Assembly (NCBI GenBank): GCA_050949315.1
Contig: JBMNFL010000001.1
Location: forward strand, 832,001 to 896,000
DNA: 64,000 nucleotides
Reading direction: 5' to 3'
Source: Bacilli bacterium
GTDB lineage: Bacteria > Bacillota_I > Bacilli_A > RFN20 > UBA1709
In this document: positions 37,969-48,277 of the stretch, piece by piece
Layout: every line of letters starts with the position of its first letter
Position numbering within the stretch: position 1 is the first letter of the stretch
The notes under the pieces: generated by a model
Databases searched by the model: none
Seen by the model: only the letters and a program-made list of their open reading frames with translations
Told to the model about the DNA's origin: nothing
Position numbers and translations under genes: made by a program

Positions 37969-39894
37969 ATGAACATGGATTATAACCTCATATATACATC
38001 CGACGAGCTGCGCAAGTACATCAAGGGCGCGGGCGTTATTGCATTCGACTTTGAGACCGCGCCGGACGATGCTTGGCGGGATGAGCCGAAGGCGGCGCTG
38101 GACGCGCATAAGGCGCACATCGCCGGTATCAGCTTTTCGGTTTCGGAAGGTAGCGCGGTATATTTGCCTATTGCCCATAAGGTCGGAAAAAATGTGCAGA
38201 GCCGCGATGAGCTTATGCAGTATCTCACGACCGCTGTGTTTGAAAACCCCGATGTCGTTAAGGTGGCGCACAACCTGTCCTTTGAGGCGATGTTCCTCTA
38301 TGCGCTGGGCATTGTTGTATGCGAGCCCTGCTACGACACCATCGCGGCGGCGCAGCTCACGCTTAAGAGCAAGTTTGAGTTTCGCGGGCTATCGGACAGC
38401 GGCTTGAAGCTGCTCTCCACCTCGCTATTCGGCGCAAATATGCCGGATTTCAATACGGTGACGGCGGGACGGCATTTCGATGAGATGAACCCTGCCGAGC
38501 AGGAAACGTTGCGCTACGCCTGTGCCGACAGTGATTACACCTTGCGGTTCTACCATAAATTCAATGGCTGGTTTAAAAAGAATCTCCCGCAGCATCGGGA
38601 TATTGTTGAACGGGTGGAATCGCCAACAGCGGTCTATGTCGGTATGATGAAGTACAACGGCGTTCCGATGGATACGGATGCGATGATGTCGAAAAATGTC
38701 GAAGCAGACCGAAAACTGACGGAGTTACGCTCGGCAATTGATGAGATGACCGGCGGCGTGGACATCGGCGCAAACGCCTCGACCTCGGCGTTCAAGCAGT
38801 ATCTGTATACCGACCTTGGATTGCCGGTGCTGAAGACGACGGAAAAGCATCAGGAGGCGGCAGACGACGCAACGATGATACTGCTCACGGAGTATTGCCG
38901 CGAGAATCGCCCGGAGCTGGTGCATCTGTTTGAGCTGGTGCAGGAATACCGCAAGTGGGGCAAGCTCAAAAGCACCTACATCGACGGGTATCTTCACTGT
39001 GTCAACAGCGCCACAGGACGCATTCACCCTGACCTTATACCGCTCGGCACAGAAACAGGGCGCTTCGCCTCCCGCAGTCCCAACCTGCAAAACTGCCCGC
39101 GCAAAGATAACGACCCGATTGGAGTGAGGAATTTCATCGCCGCGCCGGAGGGCAAGCTGCTCATCTCACTGGATTTCTCCCAGATCGAACTCCGCGTGGG
39201 TGCGTTTTACTGCCGCGACGAAAAGATGCTCGAAACCTATCGCGCCGGTGGCGATATCCATGCGGCAACGACCTCGGTTATCTTTCATGTGCCGTTTAGC
39301 GAGGCAGCGGACAAGAATGCACCGCATTACAAGGAGCGCCGCACCATCGCCAAGAACTGCAATTTTGGTGTGTTTTACGGGCTTTTCCCTAGCGGGCTGC
39401 AGAAGACGCTGAAGTTCAAGGCGGGTCTGGATATGTCGAAGGAAGCTTGTGCTGTCATCATCGATAATTTGAAAAATGGTTATCCGCGCTTGTCCGATTG
39501 GCAGGACGAAACCAAGCGTCGCGCTGCCAACACCTGCTATGCGGAAACATGGCTCGGTCGCCGCAGATACATTATAGGAATACTCTCGACCGATTGGGGC
39601 AAGCGCTCCTTCGCCGAGCGCTGCGCCATGAATACGCCGATTCAAGGTACGGCGGCGGATATTCTGAAGCTGGCGATGGGACGCATCGTCGCGGGTATCA
39701 AGGAGCGTCCGTGGCTTAAGCCGTTCCTGCAGATTCACGACGAGCTGGTATTCGAGATACCGGCGGATAAGCTCGACGAGGCGGTCGGCTTCGTGAAGGC
39801 TTGCATGGAGGTACAGCCGTTTACGGAGTTTGATGTGCCGATTATTGCCGAAGCCGCCTACGGGACGAATTTCGGAGAAATGGAGGAATTGTAA
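37969..39894 (+). CDS. phage DNA polymerase, family A (3'-5' exonuclease + polymerase)
   Basis: AFDFET, TETGRFAS..PNLQN, DFSQIELR, R..AK..NFG..YG, NTPIQGTAADI, LQIHDEL. Confidence 0.95.
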   Translation: MNMDYNLIYTSDELRKYIKGAGVIAFDFETAPDDAWRDEPKAALDAHKAHIAGISFSVSEGSAVYLPIAHKVGKNVQSRDELMQYLTTAVFENPDVVKVAHNLSFEAMFLYALGIVVCEPCYDTIAAAQLTLKSKFEFRGLSDSGLKLLSTSLFGANMPDFNTVTAGRHFDEMNPAEQETLRYACADSDYTLRFYHKFNGWFKKNLPQHRDIVERVESPTAVYVGMMKYNGVPMDTDAMMSKNVEADRKLTELRSAIDEMTGGVDIGANASTSAFKQYLYTDLGLPVLKTTEKHQEAADDATMILLTEYCRENRPELVHLFELVQEYRKWGKLKSTYIDGYLHCVNSATGRIHPDLIPLGTETGRFASRSPNLQNCPRKDNDPIGVRNFIAAPEGKLLISLDFSQIELRVGAFYCRDEKMLETYRAGGDIHAATTSVIFHVPFSEAADKNAPHYKERRTIAKNCNFGVFYGLFPSGLQKTLKFKAGLDMSKEACAVIIDNLKNGYPRLSDWQDETKRRAANTCYAETWLGRRRYIIGILSTDWGKRSFAERCAMNTPIQGTAADILKLAMGRIVAGIKERPWLKPFLQIHDELVFEIPADKLDEAVGFVKACMEVQPFTEFDVPIIAEAAYGTNFGEMEEL

Positions 39895-40328
39895 TGTGGA
39901 TAGATAAATACAACGCCGAAGGTTATTATGACCCGACGAATTATGAAGCAATGCGTGAGCTTATACGCGAAGAGTTAAAACGCCGATACGGAACTGAATA
40001 TCGTCCGCTCGTATTCATCTGTTCTCCGTTCGCCGGTGACATGGAAGGTAACGCGGAACGAACACGGAAATATTGTCGTTTCGCTGTTGAGCAATATGCC
40101 ATTCCCGTTGCGCCGCATCTGCTGTACCCGCAGTTTATGGATGAGCATGACCCCGACAGCCGCAAGCTCGGTCTTTTCTTCGGACGTGTCCTGCTCGGAA
40201 AATGTCAGGAACTGTGGGTGTTCGGGGATACGATTTCCGACGGTATGAGTTATGAAATCCGTAAGGCGCAGAATCACAATATGCCTATCAAATACTTTAC
40301 CGAGGAATGTGAGGTGAAAACATTATGA
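39894..40328 (+). CDS. DUF4406-like / nucleoside deoxyribosyltransferase-fold phage protein
   Basis: PLVFICSPFAGD, P.APHLLYPQF, C.ELWVFG..IS.GM..EI. Confidence 0.75.
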   Translation: MWIDKYNAEGYYDPTNYEAMRELIREELKRRYGTEYRPLVFICSPFAGDMEGNAERTRKYCRFAVEQYAIPVAPHLLYPQFMDEHDPDSRKLGLFFGRVLLGKCQELWVFGDTISDGMSYEIRKAQNHNMPIKYFTEECEVKTL

Positions 40329-43327
40329 GTTATCCGAAAGAACTGCTTGACAGAAAGCAATGGGTCAACTGGCGGCTTATTCCCGATAAGGACGGCGGTA
40401 AGGACAAAAAGATGCCGTACAACCCCATCACCGGCAAGGGCGCACAATCCAATAATCCTGCGACATGGACGGACTACGCCACTGCCGCCGATGCGCTGGA
40501 GCGCTATGGCTTTACAGGGCTGGGCTTCATGTTCTCAAAGGAAGATGATATTGTGGGTGTGGATGTCGACCATTGCTACGACCCTGAAACAAAGACATTT
40601 AACGAAACGGCGAAGGCAATCATCGCAAGGCAGCCCACATATATGGAGTTTTCGCCCTCCGGCACCGGCATTCATCTCTTTTTCAAGGGTGCGATGCCCG
40701 GCACCGGCAACAAGAATACCAAGACCGGCGTTGAGATGTACGAGCATACCAGATACTTTACGATGACGGGTAAAAGGCTCGACGGAGCGACGGATATCAT
40801 CGCCGAGGATAACGGTACGCTTAAATGGATTCACGAAACCTACATTCGCACCCCGAAAAAGCAGCAGCAAAGGAAGTCGAAAAAGAGTGCATCCGTGCAG
40901 CTGTCCGACGACGACCTTTTGGAGCTTGCTCGTGGTGCCGATAACGGCGAAGCGTTCTCAAAGCTCTGGGGCGGTGACTGGCAGGACGCCTATTCGAGTC
41001 AATCGGAGGCGGATATGGCGCTCTGCTGTCGGCTGGCGTTCTGGTCGGGCAAGGACAAAGCGCAGATGGACAGGCTCTTTCGCCAGAGCGGGCTGTTTCG
41101 TGACAAGTGGGACACGAAGCATCATGCCAGCGGCGCGACCTACGGTGAGGAAACGCTGGACAAGGCTTGCGAACTGACCGAGGATACCTATGCTCCCGGC
41201 AACGATGCGCCGGTGTTTGAGTACAAGGGTATGTATTTCCGCAGCAAGGGCGACAACATTTATCCCATCACCAACTTTGTATTCGTGCCGGTGGAGATGA
41301 TTGTCGCCGAGGAGGAAACGCAGCTCACCGCCGACCTTGTGACCGTGCGTGGTGAAACCTACCGCCTGACCTTTATGACGACGGATTTCGCCAATCAGCA
41401 GAAATTCAAGAACGCTCTCAACAAGCGCACCATTGCTCTGAGCTATACCGGCTCGGACGGCGATTTGGAGCTGCTTAAGGCATACATCTCGGAGCTGGAA
41501 TGGAAAACGAAGCTCGGCGTCAAGGCGATGGGCATTTATGAGCATGGCAGCGGGATGGCTTTCGTATCAGTTGATGGCGCAGTTGATGAAAACGGCGCGT
41601 CGGTCGAGGACATTATTCAGCTGGACAAATACAGCAGCATTTGCAGCGACATTCTTGATGCAAAGCTCATCACCGCGACCCAGCTTCAAAGGCTCGGCGA
41701 GGTGCTTATGTCCTACAATGAACCCGCAAAGGCTGTGTCAATTCTGGCGTGGATCGGCGGCTGCTTCGTCAAGGAGCACCTGCGGAAAAAGAACGTAAAA
41801 TACCCGCATCTTATGCTCATCGGCGAAGCCGGAAGCGGCAAGAGCAATACGCTGGAGCGGGTTATTATGCCGGTGTTTTCTCGGTCTAAAATCGTGGCGG
41901 CGGGACAAACGACCGCCTTTACGCTGATGAAGGACTCGGCATCCTCGAACACCATTCCGATGGCACTGGACGAGTTCAAGCCCTCAAAAATCGACAGTTA
42001 TCGCCTTGCGCCGCTGCTGAACCATTTCCGTAACAGCTATGACGGTCAAGAAGGCATCCGTGGTCGCGCCGATCAGACGACCGTGAGCTATGAGTTGCTG
42101 GCTCCGCTCGTGGTTGCCGGTGAGGAATCGCCGGACGAGGCGGCAATCCGTGAACGTAGCATCGAGCTGTTGTTCTCCAAGAAAGACCTGAAAACGGTCG
42201 AATATCGTGCGGCGTTCCAGAGACTGTGCGCCAGCGCCGATTTACTCGGCTGTCTTGGGCATAGCTTACTGAACATCGCGCTGAAAACAAAGCCCGCAGA
42301 GTGCTATTCATGGTACGATGAGGCGCTGGGCGGCTTCAACAAGGAGCTGCCGTCGCGTGTCGTCAATAACCTTGCTTGTATGGTCGCAGGACTTCGGCTT
42401 ATGGAGAAGCTGTGTTCCTCGCTCGGACTTTTATGGCATGAGACATTTCCGTATGCCCTCGCTCCCTGCACGAAATACATCGAGTATGCGGCGAAGGAAT
42501 ACCTGTTGGACGGCGGCACCAGCAATAAAAGCGTGGTCGAGCAGACGCTCGAGGTCACTAAGCTCGGCGACCTCTGGACACTTGGTCGGCATCGGCTGGT
42601 CTGCGGAGACAGCACCAAAGCAGAAACCTTCGCTGTTCTTATGGATGACCGCAAGGCGAATCTGGTCATCACAGACCCGCCTTATAATGTAAACTACGAA
42701 GGCAGCGCCGGGAAAATCAAGAACGACAATATGGGCAACGACGCCTTCTACCACTTTCTGCTCGATGCCTTTACAAACACCGAAGCGGTCATGGCGGAGG
42801 ATGCCAGCATCTATGTTTTCCACGCTGACACCGAAGGGCTTAATTTCAGGAGAGCCTTTTCGGATGCCGGTTTTTATTTATCCGGTTGCTGTATCTGGAA
42901 GAAGCAGTCGCTGGTGCTGGGGCGCTCCCCATATCAGTGGCAGCACGAGCCTGTGCTATATGGCTGGAAGAAAACCGGGAAGCACCAGTGGTACAGTGGG
43001 CGCAAGGAAACGACCATCTGGGAGTTCGACAAACCAAAGAAGAATGGCGACCACCCGACGATGAAGCCAATTCCGCTGCTGGCCTATCCTATTATGAACA
43101 GCAGCATGACAAACACGCTGGTGCTCGACCCCTTCGGTGGCTCTGGCTCCACGCTCATCGCCTGTGAACAGGCCGACCGCTCCTGCGCCACCATTGAGCT
43201 TGACGAGAAGTTTTGCGATGTTATCGTCAAGCGGTATATCGAGCAGGTCGGTGCGGCGGATAAGGTATCCGTCCAGCGTGACGGACTGACCTATTCCTAC
43301 ACTGAAGTGGCTGTAAAATCGGACTGA
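40325..43327 (+). CDS. in-frame fusion: primase-polymerase/helicase (about 40325-42555) joined to N4/N6 DNA methyltransferase (about 42555-43327)
   Basis: GVDVD, EFSPSGTGIH, RYFTMTG, SQSEAD; Walker A GEAGSGKS; then GDLWTLGRHRLVCGDST, TDPPYN, HPTMKP, LDPFGGSGST. Confidence 0.88.
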   Translation: MSYPKELLDRKQWVNWRLIPDKDGGKDKKMPYNPITGKGAQSNNPATWTDYATAADALERYGFTGLGFMFSKEDDIVGVDVDHCYDPETKTFNETAKAIIARQPTYMEFSPSGTGIHLFFKGAMPGTGNKNTKTGVEMYEHTRYFTMTGKRLDGATDIIAEDNGTLKWIHETYIRTPKKQQQRKSKKSASVQLSDDDLLELARGADNGEAFSKLWGGDWQDAYSSQSEADMALCCRLAFWSGKDKAQMDRLFRQSGLFRDKWDTKHHASGATYGEETLDKACELTEDTYAPGNDAPVFEYKGMYFRSKGDNIYPITNFVFVPVEMIVAEEETQLTADLVTVRGETYRLTFMTTDFANQQKFKNALNKRTIALSYTGSDGDLELLKAYISELEWKTKLGVKAMGIYEHGSGMAFVSVDGAVDENGASVEDIIQLDKYSSICSDILDAKLITATQLQRLGEVLMSYNEPAKAVSILAWIGGCFVKEHLRKKNVKYPHLMLIGEAGSGKSNTLERVIMPVFSRSKIVAAGQTTAFTLMKDSASSNTIPMALDEFKPSKIDSYRLAPLLNHFRNSYDGQEGIRGRADQTTVSYELLAPLVVAGEESPDEAAIRERSIELLFSKKDLKTVEYRAAFQRLCASADLLGCLGHSLLNIALKTKPAECYSWYDEALGGFNKELPSRVVNNLACMVAGLRLMEKLCSSLGLLWHETFPYALAPCTKYIEYAAKEYLLDGGTSNKSVVEQTLEVTKLGDLWTLGRHRLVCGDSTKAETFAVLMDDRKANLVITDPPYNVNYEGSAGKIKNDNMGNDAFYHFLLDAFTNTEAVMAEDASIYVFHADTEGLNFRRAFSDAGFYLSGCCIWKKQSLVLGRSPYQWQHEPVLYGWKKTGKHQWYSGRKETTIWEFDKPKKNGDHPTMKPIPLLAYPIMNSSMTNTLVLDPFGGSGSTLIACEQADRSCATIELDEKFCDVIVKRYIEQVGAADKVSVQRDGLTYSYTEVAVKSD

Positions 43328-43360
43328 ATCACACAAGCACCGTCGCTTCTATTTGGTACA

Positions 43361-43421
43361 TATATATCCCGGAATTGTCTTGCTATTTACAGGCTTTAGA
43401 GTGATATATGTATGTACAAAA
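43361..43421 (+). promoter_or_regulatory. repeated promoter module, copy 1
   Basis: TATATATC..AATTG.CTTGCTAT...TTTAGAG.GAT..TGT; a near-identical copy lies at 44756-44816. Confidence 0.55.
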
Positions 43422-43457
43422 GCCGAAGCATCGGCTAAAAGAAAGGCGGCAGATACT

Positions 43458-44318
43458 ATGGAAAACAAGGATTTTGAACTCAGGTACAACCTGACCGGCA
43501 ACGACCGCAAGCAGCTCGTAACAGTGATGGCGGAGATTTTGAACTGCCCTGCAAAGTACAAAGGCGCTCCTTCCTTCACCTATGAGGTGGACTACTTCAC
43601 CATCGACAAGAATGGCACGATCAGCTTCGACGACCGCGCTGACAGCGAGGAAATCGAAAAGCTCATCGAGAGGCTGCACGAGCAGGGCTTTGAAGCGGAA
43701 ACGCGCTTCGAGGATTTGAGAATGACCGAGGCAGAAGAACTGGGGCTTGGCAGACAGCACCGCGACCCGGTTGGCGAAGATGGCATGCAAGCAAGCGACG
43801 TACCGGACGAGAGCATCGGGCTGGTGATTGAGATGCCCCGTTCCTCCTTTACCGACACTGCGCTCGAAAATCTCAAGCGGTTGGTTGAAAGCAAGAAAAG
43901 CCTCATCAGCAAGGCTCTCGGATGTCAAGACATCGACCTTGATATTACCGATGAGAGGGTACGGTTCCCGTGGTTTGAGGACGGCACCGAGCCGGACGCG
44001 GTCAAGGCATACACACATTTCGTCACAGCGCTTTGCGAGATGGCAAAGACTCAAAAGCGCGTTACCGCAAAGGAAAAAGATACGGACAATGACAAGTACG
44101 CATTCCGCTGCTTTCTGCTCCGTCTGGGCTTCATTGGTGATGGGTACAAGGCGGCGCGAAAGATACTGCTCCGCAACCTTTCCGGAAGCGGCGCCTTCAA
44201 GAGCGGCAACCCGAAGGTGCAGGAACTTGTTGAGCGCATCAATGCAGACGCCGGTCTCTATGATGACATGATGAGCCTGCAGGACAAGGAGGTGTCTGAC
44301 GATGAGGTTTCCAAGTAA
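43458..44318 (+). CDS. phage 'virulence-related' hypothetical protein
   Basis: Y.GAPSF.Y, FPWF, N.KYAFRCFLLRLGFIG..YK.ARKILL.NLSG..AFK. Confidence 0.75.
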   Translation: MENKDFELRYNLTGNDRKQLVTVMAEILNCPAKYKGAPSFTYEVDYFTIDKNGTISFDDRADSEEIEKLIERLHEQGFEAETRFEDLRMTEAEELGLGRQHRDPVGEDGMQASDVPDESIGLVIEMPRSSFTDTALENLKRLVESKKSLISKALGCQDIDLDITDERVRFPWFEDGTEPDAVKAYTHFVTALCEMAKTQKRVTAKEKDTDNDKYAFRCFLLRLGFIGDGYKAARKILLRNLSGSGAFKSGNPKVQELVERINADAGLYDDMMSLQDKEVSDDEVSK

Positions 44319-44532
44319 GGAGCTGGTAGAGAGCCTCCGCAAGCGTTACCCGGTTGGGTGCCGTGTGGAGCTTGTTCGCATGGATGACCCGCAAGCGCCA
44401 CCAGTTGGCACCAAAGGCACCGTGCGCGGCGTGGACGACATCGGCTCGGTCATGGTGGCATGGGACAATGGCTGCGGCCTGTCCGTGGCTTACGGTGAGG
44501 ACGCCTGCAAGGTGGTGAACGTCGATGAGTGA
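44302..44532 (+). CDS. DUF4314 family protein
   Basis: YP.GCRVELV.MDDPQAPP.GT.GTV..VDDIG...V.WDNG..L....GED. Confidence 0.85.
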   Translation: MRFPSKELVESLRKRYPVGCRVELVRMDDPQAPPVGTKGTVRGVDDIGSVMVAWDNGCGLSVAYGEDACKVVNVDE

Positions 44533-44701
44533 AACGGTCAAGAAGCAGATTCTCGCCATCCGCGACACTGGGCTGACGAATATGTTAGATATCCGCACGG
44601 TGCAGCGCATCGCAAACGACAGGGCCTTCCACGAGCTGGTGGTGTATCTGGAGGAGCATCGACGCGAATACGCGCATTTCATTCTCACCGGCAAAACGTA
44701 A
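44525..44701 (+). CDS. DUF5049 family protein
   Basis: MSETVKKQILAIRDTGLTNMLD...ELVVYLEEHRREYAHFILTG (58 aa, below the ORF-track cutoff). Confidence 0.8.
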   Translation: MSETVKKQILAIRDTGLTNMLDIRTVQRIANDRAFHELVVYLEEHRREYAHFILTGKT

Positions 44702-44755
44702 ACTACACAATTCTGGCGGCGAAATTCGCTGTAAAGATCGTATAGTTTATGCCGG

Positions 44756-44816
44756 TATATATCGCATAATTGCCTTGCTATAGTGTGCTTTTAGAGCGAT
44801 CATGTGTATAACAAAA
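44756..44816 (+). promoter_or_regulatory. repeated promoter module, copy 2
   Basis: Matches 43361-43421; followed by a GGAGG RBS. Confidence 0.55.
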
Positions 44817-44836
44817 CAAAGGAGGCACACCCCACC

Positions 44837-45016
44837 ATGACAGACAAACAGTTGAAACAATCAAAAAGCCAGCTCCCGCAGGGCGAGCGCTTCGACCGAG
44901 CCTACAGCGCCTTTGAAGGCGGCATAAGGCTGATTTCCAAGAAAGCCGACGGCATGGAAACCCGCTACAAAGTACACTTCGAAGCTGACGACAATGTTCG
45001 CATCGAGCGGTTTTAA
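44837..45016 (+). CDS. small phage hypothetical protein
   Basis: ATG after AAGGAGG. Confidence 0.55.
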   Translation: MTDKQLKQSKSQLPQGERFDRAYSAFEGGIRLISKKADGMETRYKVHFEADDNVRIERF

Positions 45017-45029
45017 GGAGGGAGCGACC

Positions 45030-45257
45030 ATGTGGAGAGAAGGAAGCCTGAAGGTTCACGATAGCATTTTTCACTATTGGATGAAGCAGTACGACGAGGG
45101 TTCGCAGTTCGGCATCGAAGGCGGCAGAATCAGCAAGCTGACGCTCAAACGGAACAGCACCATCGTATGCAACTATGACAGAGGTTGGGATATCGAGCCC
45201 GCCGACCCGGACACGCAGCTTGCGGTCGAGATTCTCCTGCACAGCGAAAACTACTGA
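45030..45257 (+). CDS. small conserved phage protein
   Basis: MWREG...K.YDEGS.FGI.GGRISKL......NYDRGWD..P. Confidence 0.7.
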   Translation: MWREGSLKVHDSIFHYWMKQYDEGSQFGIEGGRISKLTLKRNSTIVCNYDRGWDIEPADPDTQLAVEILLHSENY

Positions 45258-45365
45258 GTCCAGAGTAAAAGCCGGGAGCAGCCCCCAGCGGGGCTGTATC
45301 TTGTACAGATAGATTTTGAAGACACCGATGGGTGTCTATTTTTATGTCCGAAAGGAGGCGGCAAC

Positions 45366-46967
45366 TTGCGCAAACTAAAAAAATATAAACAGACGCGCTT
45401 CATAGCGCATGATTCGACCTATGACAAAGAAGCCGCCGACTACGCTGTGGCGTTCATTGAATCGCTCTGTCACACCAAAGGCACATGGGCCGGAAAGCCA
45501 TTCGAGCTTATTGACTGGCAGGAACAAATTATCCGTGACATCTTTGGAACACTGAAACCCAACGGTTACCGGCAGTTCAATACGGCCTATGTAGAGATAC
45601 CAAAGAAGATGGGCAAGAGTGAACTTGCTGCCGCCATAGCTCTGCTACTGACCTGTGGCGACAACGAAGAACGCGCCGAGGTTTATGGCTGTGCTGCTGA
45701 CCGGAATCAGGCGTCTATCGTTTTCAACGTAGCAGCGGATATGGTGCGGATGTGTCCAGCTTTGTCGAAACGTGTCAAAATTCTCGACGCTACCAAGCGT
45801 CTCATCTTCCAGCCGACCGGCAGTATCTATCAGGTGCTTTCGGCCGATGTTGGCAACAAGCACGGCTTCAATACTCACGGCGTGGTGTTCGACGAGCTGC
45901 ATACGCAACCGAATCGCAAGCTCTACGACGTAATGACCAAAGGCAGCGGCGATGCGAGAATGCAGCCGCTGTATTTTTTGATCACTACCGCCGGAGATAA
46001 CCAGAACAGCATCTGCTGGGAGGTTCATCAAAAGGCGCTGGATATTATTGATGGAAGAAAGCATGACCCCACCTTCTACCCAGTAATTTACGGCGCAGCG
46101 CAAGAAGATGATTGGACTGACCCCAAGGTGTGGAAGAAGGCAAATCCCTCTCTCGGCATCACAGTCGGCATGGATAAGGTTAAGGCGGCGTTTGAATCAG
46201 CTCGGCAGAATCCCGCCGAGGAGAACAGTTTCCGGCAGCTTCGCCTCAACCAGTGGGTAAAACAAGCGGTTCGCTGGATGCCGATGGACAAATGGGATAA
46301 ATGCGCTTTTGCCGTCGACGCGGAAGCTCTCGAAGGTCGTGTCTGTTACGGCGGACTTGACCTTTCCAGCAGCACCGACATCACGGCTTTTGTGCTTGTA
46401 TTTCCACCCGGTGACGAGGATGACAAGTACTGCGTTCTGCCGTACTTCTGGATACCAGAGGATAATATCGACCTGCGTGTTCGGCGCGACCATGTAAATT
46501 ATGATGTTTGGAAAAAGCAGGGCTTTCTGCAAACTACCGAGGGCAATGTGGTGCATTACGGCTATATCGAGCAGTTCATTGAATCCCTCGGTGAGAAATA
46601 CAACATCCGCGAGATTGCTTTCGACCGCTGGGGCGCTGTGCAAATGACGCAGAATCTTGAAACGCTCGGCTTCTCGGTCGTGCCGTTCGGTCAGGGCTTT
46701 AAGGATATGTCTCCACCGACCAAGGAACTCATGAAGCTAACACTGGAGGAGAAAATCGCTCACGGCGGACACCCCGTCCTACGCTGGATGATGGACAACA
46801 TATATATCCGCACCGACCCTGCAGGAAATATCAAGGCTGACAAGGAGAAATCCACAGAAAAGATAGACGGCGCGGTTGCCACCATAATGGCACTGGACAG
46901 GGCAATTAGGTGCGGAAACGATACGGGCGAGAGTGTTTATGACAAACGCGGCTTGCTCATTTGGTAA
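45366..46967 (+). CDS. terminase large subunit
   Basis: F.L..WQ, EIPKKMGKSE, FDELH, ITTAG, GGLDLSS..D, KIDG.VA..MA. Confidence 0.95.
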   Translation: MRKLKKYKQTRFIAHDSTYDKEAADYAVAFIESLCHTKGTWAGKPFELIDWQEQIIRDIFGTLKPNGYRQFNTAYVEIPKKMGKSELAAAIALLLTCGDNEERAEVYGCAADRNQASIVFNVAADMVRMCPALSKRVKILDATKRLIFQPTGSIYQVLSADVGNKHGFNTHGVVFDELHTQPNRKLYDVMTKGSGDARMQPLYFLITTAGDNQNSICWEVHQKALDIIDGRKHDPTFYPVIYGAAQEDDWTDPKVWKKANPSLGITVGMDKVKAAFESARQNPAEENSFRQLRLNQWVKQAVRWMPMDKWDKCAFAVDAEALEGRVCYGGLDLSSSTDITAFVLVFPPGDEDDKYCVLPYFWIPEDNIDLRVRRDHVNYDVWKKQGFLQTTEGNVVHYGYIEQFIESLGEKYNIREIAFDRWGAVQMTQNLETLGFSVVPFGQGFKDMSPPTKELMKLTLEEKIAHGGHPVLRWMMDNIYIRTDPAGNIKADKEKSTEKIDGAVATIMALDRAIRCGNDTGESVYDKRGLLIW

Positions 46968-46981
46968 GGAGGTAAAAGCCT

Positions 46982-48277
46982 ATGGGCATATTACAAGGTA
47001 TATTCAAACCCCGCGACAAGCCTAAAAACCTCGGCAGCGGCAACAGATTTTTATGGGGAGGCTCGACCTCCGGCAAGGTGGTAAATGAAAAGACCGCCAT
47101 GCAGATGACAGCGGTATACTCCTGCGTCCGTATTCTTTCGGAGGCAATCGCAGGACTCCCGCTGTTCGTTTATAAGTACGGCGATGACGGCAGTAAGGAA
47201 AAGTGCCTCGAACATCCGCTATGGCGGGTCCTGCATGATGAGCCAAATCCTGAAATGACGAGTTTCGTATTCAGAGAAACTATGATGAACCACCTGCTTC
47301 TCACCGGCAACGCCTATGCTCAGATTATCCGCAACGCCCGTGGCGAGGTTATAGCACTCTATCCGCTCATGCCAGACCGCATGGCCGTGGACAGGGATTC
47401 GCAGGGACGACTGTATTACCGTTATCGGAAAAATAGCGATGACGCACCGGAAGTCGGCAAAAACAAGCAAAGCGACATTATCTTCGCTCCCTCTGACATT
47501 CTTCATGTGCTGGGGCTTGGCTACGACGGTCTGGTCGGCTATTCACCAATAGCGATGGCAAAAAACGCTGTGGGCTTGGCGATTGCAGCCGAGGAATATG
47601 GCGCTAAGTTTTTCGCCAATGGTGCGGCACCAAGCGGCGTTCTCGAACATCCCGGCACGATTAAGGACCCGGAGCGCATACGGGAAAGCTGGCAGTCCAC
47701 CTTCGGCGGCAGTGCTAATAGCAACAAAATTGCCGTGCTGGAGGAAGGACTCAAGTACACGCCGATCGCCATCTCTCCGGAACAGGCGCAGTTCCTCGAA
47801 ACGCGCAAGTTCCAGATCAATGAAATCGCTCGAATTTTCAGAGTGCCGCCACATATGCTGGCTGACCTTGAAAAGTCGAGCTTTTCTAATATTGAGCAGC
47901 AGTCACTGGAGTTCGTGAAATATACGCTTGACCCGTGGGTGATCCGCTGGGAACAAGCAATGAACAAGGCGCTACTGCTCGACAGCGAAAAACGCTCGGT
48001 GTTCACAAAATTCAACGTGGACGGACTGCTTCGCGGCGACTATGCATCGCGCATGACAGGCTACGCGACCGCTCGTCAAAACGGCTGGATGTCGGCAAAT
48101 GACATACGAGAGCTTGAAAACCTCGACCGAATCCCTGCCGACCTCGGCGGCGACCTTTATCTCATAAATGGCGCGATGACCAAACTGCAGGACGCAGGTG
48201 CGTTCGCAAATACAACAACAGAAACGGAGGGAACCTCAGATGGACAAAACAAAACGAAGTCCCGCAAAGGCACGTGA
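46982..48277 (+). CDS. HK97-family portal protein
   Basis: AVYSCVRILSE.IA.LP, EPNPEMT, GYSPI, FFANGA.P, QFLETRKF, IARIFRVPP. Confidence 0.95.
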   Translation: MGILQGIFKPRDKPKNLGSGNRFLWGGSTSGKVVNEKTAMQMTAVYSCVRILSEAIAGLPLFVYKYGDDGSKEKCLEHPLWRVLHDEPNPEMTSFVFRETMMNHLLLTGNAYAQIIRNARGEVIALYPLMPDRMAVDRDSQGRLYYRYRKNSDDAPEVGKNKQSDIIFAPSDILHVLGLGYDGLVGYSPIAMAKNAVGLAIAAEEYGAKFFANGAAPSGVLEHPGTIKDPERIRESWQSTFGGSANSNKIAVLEEGLKYTPIAISPEQAQFLETRKFQINEIARIFRVPPHMLADLEKSSFSNIEQQSLEFVKYTLDPWVIRWEQAMNKALLLDSEKRSVFTKFNVDGLLRGDYASRMTGYATARQNGWMSANDIRELENLDRIPADLGGDLYLINGAMTKLQDAGAFANTTTETEGTSDGQNKTKSRKGT

